DNA from: Octopus sinensis
Taxonomy: Eukaryota
Reading direction: 5' to 3'
Assembly (NCBI RefSeq): GCF_006345805.1
Contig: NC_042999.1
Span: 51,274,001-51,338,000 of the forward strand
Length of the DNA: 64,000 nt
The position numbers and the translations under genes were made by a program. The notes beneath the pieces are model-generated. The model searched no databases. It was given only the letters and a program-made list of their open reading frames with translations, and was not told the origin of the DNA. Shown here one piece after another: positions 12,314 to 22,584 of this stretch (positions are counted from its first letter, which is position 1; every line of letters begins with the position of its first letter).

Positions 12314-12411
12314 TTACTCAATAAATACAACTCCAACTGTACATGTTGAGTGCTCCTTCTGTTCATCTGTTTACTCGTATATATGATAAACATATGTATA
12401 TACATACACGT

Positions 12412-12650
12412 GGAGGCGCAATGGCCCAGTGGTTAGGGCAGCGGACTCGCGGTCGTAGGATCGTGGTTTCGATTCCCAGACCGGGCGTTGTGAGTGTTTA
12501 TTGAGCGAAAACACCTAAAGCTCCACGAGGCTCCGGCAGGGGGTGGTGATCCCTGCTGTACTCTTTCACCACTCTTTCTTCTGTTGGCCTGCTCGCTTCA
12601 TTCGAAGGCTAAAACAATGCGAACGCATTGTGACCAGCGATGTGATCACG
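12412..12650 (+). mobile_element. tRNA-headed SINE family B, alternative tail
   Basis: First ~150 bp are nearly identical to the copy at 8354; the tails differ. Confidence 0.85.
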
Positions 12651-12729
12651 TGATATACATACATACACACACATGTATGTAGACATACATAAAGTGTGTG
12701 TGTGTGTGTGTATGTGTGTATGCGTGCGT

Positions 12730-12905
12730 GTGTGTCACTGAGTCTCTTTGTTCCCGCATCACCGTTTGACAACCAGTGTTAGTGTGTTTACGTCCCCGGC
12801 AACTGATAGGATAAGTTCTAGGCTTAAGAAATAAGTGGTGGGGTCGATTTGTCCGACTAAAATCTAGCATGGCTGTAGTCAAATAACTGAAATAAGTAGA
12901 AAGAA
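12730..12905 (+). mobile_element. SINE family A 3' half
   Basis: ttgacaaccagtgtt...ggggtcgatttgtccgac...agcatggctgtagtcaaataactgaaa. Confidence 0.75.
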
Positions 12906-13299
12906 TGGCACCTTTGAGACCTTCAGGATTCGTTTTCCATGTTTCTTTTTTTTTTTTTTTCATTTTATTCTTCAGATGAAAGGATACTTTCACGGAGTAA
13001 TATGGGCTTCCAAACTCACTGTATCTATTAGTATTTAACGTCTACGACTACTAGAAGTTGTCATTCACGTTGTAAATTTCTCCGATGGCTATTGCAGTTC
13101 GATTCGAGCCAAAAATATCCTGTATGACATTATAAAATAAAAGGAAATATATTTCGAAGATGTACCAGTCTCCATATAGTCTATCGTTATAGCGCGCGCA
13201 CACACACACATCTGTTCATACATACGTTCTCGAAGCACGTATAGGATTATTCGAGAACGGGGTTGAGTGAGCAGTGTGGCCGCTGAGTGCTGGAGGCAC

Positions 13300-13530
13300 T
13301 CAGCGATCACTAGGCTGGACGTGTCGCAACGTCCACAGAAAACAGGTGGACCCGTGCAGTCACCGAGTAGCATCTGAAAGATCGGAAAAGGCCACTTGGA
13401 AAGGCCTCCACGATTATGGAAAGACGATTTGGTTAAGAAATTTGGGTCAAGATGGGAAAGAATGGTTTGATCAAGACAGAATTAAAAGCACATTGAGACT
13501 AGCGGTTTATAACAGCATCTGATTATCAGG
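13300..13530 (+). mobile_element. RTE-1-like LINE C-terminal remnant
   Basis: TENRWTRAVTE*HLKDRKRPLG and WKDDLVKKFGSRW in alternative frames; resembles the RTE C-terminal RW..V..W.P....RP.GRP..RW.DD motif. Confidence 0.65.
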
Positions 13531-13621
13531 TCGATACTGTGATTCTGTGACATACACACAGAGATAGCGGAGGTGGGTGTCGAAAGAGAAAGATTAATGA
13601 AGACCATCAATTTATTTATTA

Positions 13622-13983
13622 CTAGCACTATGACCCGGCAATGCCGGGTCAGAGTGCTAGTGCATGCATATACAGCTGCGTGCGTGCGCACATACACGCG
13701 AGTACTGTCCAAATCTCCGACCAATCACATACAGCTAGCTGGCATTCAATTGGCGTATCAAATTTCAGGCATTTTGATTGGATTTTGGATAGAAAATTCA
13801 CAAAAGAGTCACTTCTATTGATTTTTTAATGGTTTTGCTGGGTGACTGGGGAAATGTAAAGATGTGCACGACCACCCTTGGACGGTTTTGAATGACCATA
13901 GAAAGTGCAAGCTGAAAATTTGTGGATTTGTATAAAGGACACACACACACTCACACAGACATTTTGCCATTTATATATAGAGA
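13622..13983 (-). mobile_element. non-autonomous Helitron-like element with a palindromic 3' end
   Basis: Minus strand starts TCTCTATATATAAA and ends CTAG|T inside a 41-bp palindrome. Confidence 0.7.
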
Positions 13984-13988
13984 GGTAA

Positions 13989-14220
13989 GGCGGCGAGATG
14001 GCAGAAACGTTAGCACGCCGGGCGAAATGCTCAGCAGTTTTTCGTCTGTCGTTACGTTCTGGGTTCAAACACCGCCGAGGTCGACTTTGCCTTTCATCCT
14101 TTCGGGGTCGATAAATAAAGTACCAGTTACGCACTGGGGTCGATGTAGTTGACTTAATCACTTTGTCTGTCTTTGTTTGTCCCCTCTATGTTTAGCCCCT
14201 TGTGGGCAATAAAGAAATAT
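13989..14220 (+). mobile_element. SINE family C, full length
   Basis: ggcggcgagatggcagaaacgttagc head, gggttcaaa B-box-like motif, gcctttcatcctttcggggtcgataaa core. Confidence 0.88.
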
Positions 14221-14692
14221 ATATATAGAGGTAAGTATAATTTCGTTGGATACACCTGTATAGTGACTGCAGAAAACATGAACCAGTCACTCTTGGAACA
14301 GGTTCTTCAGCTTCAGTTCTTGTCTATGAAATGAAATATCTTAATAGAAAAAAAAAAGTTGTTTAACTTTGTAATCAACTTAAACAATGATTGAAACCTG
14401 TCGAGTCTTAATGAATTCTTGTTTCTTAATTCAATTAATTTCCATGTCGTATAGAAAAAAAAGCTTTTACAGAATGGCAAAAGTGTGAAAAAGGGGAAAA
14501 TAAAATTTGGTATTTCTTTCTTTCTTTTTTTTTCAACGATGCAATAGTAATTTTGGAAGGGTCGTGAGGGTGGAATTCAGCAATTTGGGAAAACATGGAT
14601 TAAAAGAAATAAAAATTTAAACACAAATTACAATATTTCATTATAATGCGTTTGAGAATAAAATTTCCTTATCTCTTTCTCTCTCTCTCTCG

Positions 14693-14734
<42 letters not shown>

Positions 14735-14736
<2 letters not shown>

Positions 14737-14930
14737 CGTGTGTACTGTTGGCGATTTTTTTCCTCCGTCTTCCCTTCTTTGGATCTTTACTTTTCCTATG
14801 TTTCTGACGAAGAGCTCCGCTCGAAACGTTAGATCCTCCTTCTTTCCTGAGCGTCCAATAATACTATACTTGTTCCACGTCCTCGCGTTGTGGTGTTTTC
14901 TCTTTGTGTTTTCATTTTTGGATTAACTTT
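14735..14930 (+). mobile_element. Penelope-like (pLTR-type) remnant inserted in (TA)n
   Basis: ~195-bp insert flanked by (TA)n on both sides and carrying a hammerhead motif; family assignment is an inference from the known PLE-hammerhead association. Confidence 0.5.
14800..14834 (+). ncRNA. minimal type-I hammerhead ribozyme motif
   Basis: GUUU CUGACGA A GAGC ucc GCUC GAA ACGU U AGAU; canonical core, palindromic ACGU stem III, weak stem I. Confidence 0.65.
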
Positions 14931-14949
14931 ATATATATATATTTTTTTT

Positions 14950-16140
14950 TTTTTCTTGTTTCAGCTCAGAGCTGCGGCCATGCTGATACACCGCCGTTTT
15001 GTGCTACACTGTTATTACGAAGAACCTCCTCTAATATGTGGAACTTGGTGAAGAATGGAGTTTGATATAGCTACTCTCATTTGCACCTCTTGCCGTGAGG
15101 TAGGTTCATCTGGGACTCTCGACAGGAAGATGTCCAGCTTTGATTTAAAAACCGCTACATCTACTTTGTGCAAGTTCCTCAGACTCTCTGGGAGAATATT
15201 AAAAGCTGCGGGCCCTTGAAACCCAGGCTGTTGCAGAAGCTGGTCCTGAAGCGTGATGGCATTGCTGGGATCTTTGGCACTATGCAGTGTCGTCCCGTTC
15301 TAGCATTGGTGTAGCTTACAATGCCAAAATTTGGCACAATTCCTGCTAGGATCTTCCAGACATATATTACTGCATACCTCTCACGTCTTCTCTCCAGGGA
15401 GTAGAGTCTTAGCTGTTTCAACCTTTCCCAGTAGCTGAGCTGCAAAGAGACTATCTTCTTTGTGAATCTTCTCTGGATTGCTTCAAGGCCCGCTGTTAAT
15501 TTCACACTGGTGGGTGACCATAGCTGTGAGCAGTAATCCAGGCGGCGGAGGACGAATGTCCGCCAGAGGACCATCATGGTTTCCTTATCTCTGGTTCTGA
15601 ATGTTCTTAGGATCCATCCAGCCAGTCGTCTGCACTTTGTCGCCATCCTGGTAATGTGCACTTGGAAAGAGGTATCCTCACTCATGTCGATACCCAGCTC
15701 CCTCACAGACTTAGGCTCTGGGATTGAAATTCCCTGTGGACCGGTGTATCCTGTAAGTTTAATATTCAGTTTTGGATGCTGGTAGCGCGGGGCCTGGGAT
15801 TTTTCAGCATTAAATTGCATATTATTATCCTCAGCCCATCTGTAGATTGAGTCCAACTCCTGCTGCAGGTGTGCAACATCACTGGGGTTCTGTATTTTCT
15901 GCGAGACTTTCGTATCTTTGGCATTATGCAGTGTCGTCCCGTTCTAGCATTGGTGTAGCTTACAATGCCAAAATTTGGCACAATTCCTTCCAGGATCTTC
16001 CGGACATATATTACTGCATACCTCGCCCGTCTTCTCTCCAGGGAGTAAAGTCTTAGCTGTTTCAACTTTTCCCAGTGGTTGAGCTGTTGCAAAGAGACGA
16101 TCTTCTTTGTGAATCTTCTCTGGGTTGCTTCAAAAGCGGT
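14950..16140 (-). mobile_element. CR1-clade-like LINE 3' portion with a second partial copy fused upstream
   Basis: ORF 15179-15856 (WILRTFRTR, LDYCSQLWSP, LYSLERRRER); 15914-16133 duplicates 15270-15486; A-rich tail near 14945. Confidence 0.92.
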
Positions 16141-17829
16141 GGTTGCTGATGCGGGTTGGAAGAAACGTTTGAAAAACATGAATTTTAAAATATCTTTTGA
16201 AGGCTTCCTCCAGTTGTTTTGAAATGTGGGATACAAAAGAAAAATATTAGAAAGATCCCGAAGAAAAAAGCAAAAAAATAATAAAAAAGGAGAAATTTCA
16301 ACTTATGAGGAATAACTATAGCAAAAGTTCACCAAACAAATTGTTCGTAATGTGAAGAAAACACTTGAGATGGCGGTGCTGGGTTCAATTTCCAGGTGAC
16401 GTAAATTCACTTCATCTCTGTCCTTGGGAAAGGTATCAACATTATCATATCTCAATTCCTCTAAAATAGAGTGACTTTCTTCCACTTCACCACCTAAATA
16501 TAGGAACTTTTCTGATCCTTCCCTAAAATGATACATTGAATGTCGGTGTGAACGTGTATGCGCGCGCGCGCGAGCGAGCGTGCGTGTGTGCTTTCGCATG
16601 TGTACAAATACACTCAGACCCCAGATCGCCAGACATAACACTTTCCCCGCTCCGTCTACAGCGCACAGATACAGTTCCTCTCCCTTCATATTGCACTCTC
16701 TCCCTCTCACAGTCACTTCCTCCTTCACAGACGTAACCTCCTCCTCCTCCCCTCTCTACCGACGCAGACGCATTCCCCCCTGCTTTCCTTATCACCCGAC
16801 AGACTCTTCCCCTCCTCCCTTAACATTGACACTGCCTCCTTCCTTCTCCCCCTCACCATAACACTGACATTCTCCCTCCCCTTCTCCTCTCTACATCACT
16901 GTCATAGTCTCCTTCCTCCTCTCACTACTACACTGACTGTCGCTCCCCCCCTCCACCGCTTTCTCTTCAATTCAAGCTGACACTGTCTTCAGTCTTCTTT
17001 CTCCCCCTCGCTACAGCACGTGGCCACTACTCCTACTACTCCAACACCCCCACCTCCGTGTTGGTGTGTGCGCGTGCGTGTGTCATTCACATCTCCAGCT
17101 TCCAAGTCTCTAGAAACCGTAAGTTTTACACTTTTAACCCGTTCATGTTTTTCTCTTCGGTTATTTTTATGGAAATTGTCCATGTTGTGATTATATATAT
17201 GTATATATGTTGTTGTATTTCACGTTACGTTCTGTGTTCAAATCCCGGCTTTCATTCATCCAGGGGTCGATAAAATAAAGTACCAGTCAACTACATCGGC
17301 CAAATACTATCGACTTCTCTCTCTCTCTTCTGCCTAATTAGAAACAACAGTTTTTTTTTTGTTGTGTTGTTTCCCAGTTCAAATCCTACATCAACTACAA
17401 AACAAACCTCGAGGATACGTGCTCGTTCAATTTATAAAAAAAAAAAATAGTTGCTGAATTTACTTCAAATTACTCCTTGAATTTCTTGAAATGACAGGCA
17501 CTACAAGAAAAAGATAGGATAGTCGTGGCTGGAACCCCTACACCGTTCTCAGTTTTAAACTAGAACAGTTCAATGTTTTTTTCTGATGTTATTATTGTAC
17601 CACGACTATGACGGCTGCAGGTCGTTGACCTGCACTCATTTCGAAACCGCTTTGTTTTCAACCTGTTCTTTGCCGCCTCTTGTTATTTTTAACCTTACTC
17701 TTATTTATTAAATCCTTCTGCTAATTAAATTTCAGTCGTAATTTTCTTATTTGCAGAATTATTTCTACTTGTAATTATTTATTTTTCATTATTAAAAACC
17801 TATTTCCCTCTAAACACTCTCACATGCGC

Positions 17830-18300
17830 TCTCTCTCTTTCTGTCTGTCCCCCTCTCTCTCTCTCTGTCTTCTATCTATTTCTTCTGGATATCTCCTTCT
17901 CTCTATTTGCCCCTTTTTGTCTCCCTCCCTCTAATCTCTCTCTCTGACTTCTATCTATTTCTTCTGGATATCTCCCTCTCTCTATTTATCCCTTTTTGTC
18001 TCCCTCTCTTTCTGTCTGTCCCCCTCTTTCTCTGTCTTCTATCTATTTCTTCTGGATATCTCCCTCTCTCTATTTGTCCCTTTTTGTCTCCCTCTCTCTG
18101 TGTCTTCTATCTATTTCTTCTGGATATCTCCCTCTCTCTAATCTCTCTCGCTTTCTGTCTGTGCCCCTCTCTCTCTCTCTGTCTTCTATCTATTTCTTCT
18201 GAATGTCTCCCTCTCTCTATTTGTCCTTTCTCTCTCTCTCTCTCTCTGTTTCTTTGTGTCTCCTCTCTCATTCTCACCTTTCGCTATCTCTCTGACCCTT
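17830..18300. repeat. CT-rich minisatellite, core tcttctatctatttcttctggatatctccct x5
   Basis: Five cores about 70-90 bp apart. Confidence 0.9.
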
Positions 18301-18859
18301 ATTAAGTCTACATTTCTAAACATTTCTCATCCCTCAGTTGTTTCCCCATTTTGTTTCCATAACAAAACCCTTTTTTTTTCCCCTCAGATATTGGTTCCTT
18401 GTTTTGCATTCTCTCTTTTCACAGTGACAGGTGCCACAGTCGATTTTGCCACTAAACCATTTCACGATACGATTTCGATTTCCAGTTAAATCTCGAGTAT
18501 CTAAATATCAATATAAAAGGCAAAAACAAAACATGACAATTTCTCGTTTTCTTTACAAAATTCGAAGTTCCTCTGTTTAAACATTCTTTAATTAAATAAC
18601 CGAATGCAAACGATTCGGAAATGCTGCTGAAAAAAGAGATTAGTCTCGGACAGCGTTGGACGCGAAAGAATTGTTTATATTTGAAGTAGTTTCAGATGGA
18701 CTCGAAACCTTCACAACCTTCGCTATCACTCTAATAATTGTTTATGCTTTGTTCTTCATTAGTTCTTAATTGGAGTGGCGAGTCTAAAAACTATGAAAAC
18801 AATTCCAAAATAAATTAGTTTTCTGTTTCCTTGTTCTTTATTATAAAACGGTTGTGGAC

Positions 18860-18903
18860 ATGTTGACAAATCTCGCTACACGCCAAGTTGTCAAGGAAAA
18901 AAG
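18860..18903 (+). CDS. candidate first coding exon of an unidentified host gene (MLTNLATRQVVKEK, phase 2)
   Basis: ATG at 18860, in-frame upstream stop at 18794, donor AAG|GTATCT; phase-compatible with the exon at 47245; lies at the CpG transition. Confidence 0.3.
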
Positions 18904-19193
18904 GTATCTTTGTTGTATATGATAAAACCTCTCTATCCCCTTAGTAGTTTCCCTTTTTTTTTTTTTACTTAAACCACGTCATTCATTAAGAAACAGCACA
19001 GTTTCTTTTTCGCTTTCCTTTTAATCTTCATTATGTTTGTTTGATATTTTCATATAGCTTAATCTTTTGGTTGGTATCCGACATTATTAGGGATTTAGGC
19101 GCTTTTTATTGTTCTCTCTCCACGTGCCGAACTCTTAGATCTAATTACTATTCCCTGTTAACACACATTAGAAATGCATATATGTCACAACAG

Positions 19194-19370
19194 CACTGAC
19201 GTAGCTAGAGAGTGTGTGCCACCTTGGGCGCCCCCCTCTGTTAGCCGACCCCGGGCACCCACAAGAAATACATCTTGCCCACTGCAGACCCGAAAGTGGT
19301 ACCGCCTCCATAAAAGTGCCGTCCAGGGCGGACTTCTTCCTCTAACCCTCTCCAGGTACGCTTGTGCAAA
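19194..19370. mobile_element. possible degenerate hAT-type MITE
   Basis: GC-rich island with cactgacgtagctag at the left and a decayed counterpart ggtacgcttgtg at the right. Confidence 0.3.
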
Positions 19371-20604
19371 ACACTCCATTTCTATGCTTTTTTGAAATAG
19401 GAGCTTGCGGTGTTATTGTAAAGACAGAGAATCGAAATCAAGAGACCATGACCTTAATTCTAAAATAACAATAAAGTGATTTTTAGAATTTCGCACACGT
19501 ATTAAGATTTACTTGGTTTATAACTGGGTTTGAACAATTTTACCCATGTCACTAATTCCATTTGAGCATGGCATCAACATCACAAATTCTCGTTCATAAA
19601 TCTGTTGATGCAAAAAAAATATTTCATTTTTACATCTTTCATACATTTCAAATTGTAGATAAGTGTTTTCAGAAAGGTTTCAAAGATGGATGAAGTTCAT
19701 CTTTTAGGAAACGGTGGGGGGGAGAACCTGACGTTTGGGGATGACCTGGCGTTCCTTTGGTATTTATCTAAAGAGTGTCAGTGTGAGGAAATGACACTCT
19801 ATTTTTCGGCCTCTTTGTCATAATGTTGTGTACCATCAAATTGTTGCTACTGAGCCTTTATCTCAGATCTTCAACTCAGAGAATGATCCCTGTTTTTAAT
19901 CAATAAGCTTTAAAGATCTTAACATATGTTTGCTTTCTTTCCGTAATTGTGGTTTTATTATTAAGCGAATTTTTTTTTTAAAGATAAGTGGGACTTTGAA
20001 CTATATCTTTCACAATATTTAGTTCCATTCTTTTACATTTTGTCCATGGTTTACTTTTTGACTTTTGTCTCTCTGAAGGCAATGCCATTCATATCACTAA
20101 TCTGGTACAACTCATAGCCTAAGGATGCCATCTTCAATGGATATCAAGAGACAACCTTTTCCAATGATCCAGGATGGCATTTGAGTGTTGCTGGGTCATG
20201 TGATTCTGTTGGCAGACAATTTGGTGATACATATTTCCTATTCACATTGGTCATTAGCTTTCTCGTCCCTTATTTAACCCCCCTGCTAAACTTGGTGGGT
20301 TGGTTGGTTTAATCATCAACCACAAGGCAGTTTGTACTGGCTTAACATGTTACTAAACAGAGTATTTGACCATTTATTTTACCACCACCAGTTCAATGGT
20401 TTCTACTTTGCTGCTCCTCTGCAAAATTGAGATCTTGCAACACAGTCTCTTCCGTTGGGTATCTAACAGGTTAACCATTATCCAATACCAAATACTTAAA
20501 GAGGCACACTTTATTGACAGTTGCATCTCTTTTGTTCCCTTAATTCCTTGCAAAGGGTTAGTTGCGAATGGACCTTGCAAGAAGTGATTTCAGTGTGTGT
20601 GTGT

Positions 20605-20790
20605 GTCTTATTTCAGCCTAGAATGTGGCCATGCTGGGGCACTACCTCAAAGTCTTTTAGTCAAATGAATCGACCCAAGTGCTTATTTTGTAAGCATGGC
20701 ACTTTATCACTCACTTTTGTCAAATCAATAAGTTATGGGGGTGTAAACATTCCATTGCTAGTCAAAAAGTGGTGATAGGGGACGAACACA
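20605..20790 (-). mobile_element. SINE family A 3' half, decayed
   Basis: tggccatgctggggcactacc...tcgacccaag...cttattttgtaagc. Confidence 0.65.
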
Positions 20791-20804
20791 CATGCACAAA
20801 CATA

Positions 20805-21999
20805 TTGGATCATCCCATAAATAATGCATTTTTTCAATTGCATGTAGTAAAAGTCAGAGGGGGGGGTTAAACTACCTGCATCAACTTGCTATAAAAGCTG
20901 GTAGTAATTTTACCTTGTGCTTATTCTTAGTGCAAGTTTTGAAGAGTGCAGTTCAAGTTTAACAGTTATTTTTTTTAAAGCTATAATGGAAGTGGCAAAA
21001 GAACATATTCAGCATATTTTGCTTTATGAGTTCAATAAAGGCAACAACGCAACAGAAAGTGCAAAGACTATTAATACAGTATATGGGGCTCAGGCAATAA
21101 GCATAAGCCAGTGTCAACGGTAGTTCCAGAGATGCCAAGCTAGAAACTACAGTCAAGAATATCTATAGAACTCAATGAGGACATCGTAATTGTTGAGGAA
21201 CTAGCAGAAAAGCTTGGATTTGGTCATTCAACCATTCATCGACTCCTGTGGGCAATCGGAAAAGTCAGCAAATTGGGTCAATGGGTTGCTCACAAATTTT
21301 CCGAGTTTAATCGCATGCTGAGAATAAGTGTGTGCTGTTCTTTGCTGTCATGTCTCACAAGTGGACCATTTTTAGACCGAATAGTGACTGGTGAAAAGAA
21401 ATGGATTCTGTATAAAAATATCAAGTGCTGAAGACAGTGGGTAAGGAAAGGAGAAACACCAGCACTCCAGGCTAAAGAAGGTCTTCGCCCATGTATGGTG
21501 CTGTTATCTGGTTGGTGGGAAGTGAAAGGTTTAGTATACTTTGAACTTTTAAACCCAAATTAATCAATAACAAAGATCTACTGTAAGTCAGTGCTAGAAG
21601 CAAAATGACCATCTTTGGTTCCAACACGAAAGGTGTTCTTCCATCAGGATAATACTTGACCACATACAGCGAGGATGATGTTCCAAAGGCTGGAGCAGTT
21701 TGAATGGGAGACGATATCCCACCCACCATATTCATTGGACATTGCTCCATCTGATTGTCATTCATTCTGCAGTCTTCAAAATTATTTGGATAGTGAAAAT
21801 ATGAATTCTGCAGACAAGGTCAGAACAGTAATGGAGGAGTATTTTTCGCCACGGACAAGTGAATGTTTTGAAATAGAGGCATTAAAAGAGCATTGTAGAA
21901 AATTAAGGAGAGCATATTTTAGATTATAAAAGAACTTTATCTTAATTTTGAAAAATAAACGAAGTATAAAAAGGCCACATTATTTATGGGATGAGCCAA
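20805..21999 (+). mobile_element. mariner element, both TIRs present, decayed transposase
   Basis: TIRs ttggatcatcccataaataatg / cattatttatgggatgagccaa, TA TSD; MEVAKEHIQHILLYEF, HQDN and HPPYSLDIAPSD motifs. Confidence 0.93.
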
Positions 22000-22002
22000 T
22001 AT

Positions 22003-22100
22003 AATGGGCTTCTTTCAGTTTCTGTCTACTAAATCTGCTCACAAAGCTTTGGTCAGCTTGAGGCTATAGTAGGAGACACTTGCTCAAGGTGCCACCCAAT
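22003..22100 (-). mobile_element. SINE family A 5' fragment
   Basis: gggcttctttcagtttc...gacacttgctcaaggtgcca. Confidence 0.7.
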
Positions 22101-22584
22101 GGAAAACAAACTCCAAACCAAGCCAAATCAGACTACTACCTGCTACAGCTTGCCAACTCTGGTCAAACTGTCCAACCCACACAAGCATGGAAAATGGACA
22201 TTAAAGGATGTTGATGATACAAATATAAACAAAAGGCAAGAATGGAAAAGGCTTCATTACCATACTTTTTATAATTTGTTAAGAATTTTTTTTTGCTCTC
22301 TCTCTCTTAAAAATCCTTACATAAACTAAACCCTATTATCACCCACTCCTACCATATTTCATGTGGATTGTGTGTGTGATATCCAAAGGATCTAGGTCCT
22401 TTCTGAGCCAGGAATGTGAAATGAAGTGTTTTGACCATTACCTGGTCCAAGAATCTAAACCACAATCTTACAACCATGAGTGCAGCAACTTGACCACAAA
22501 ACTACATGCCTCCACAATATAATATATAATAATATGGAAAATAGAAAATGATATATGAAGATATGTGTATATAGCCATATATAT

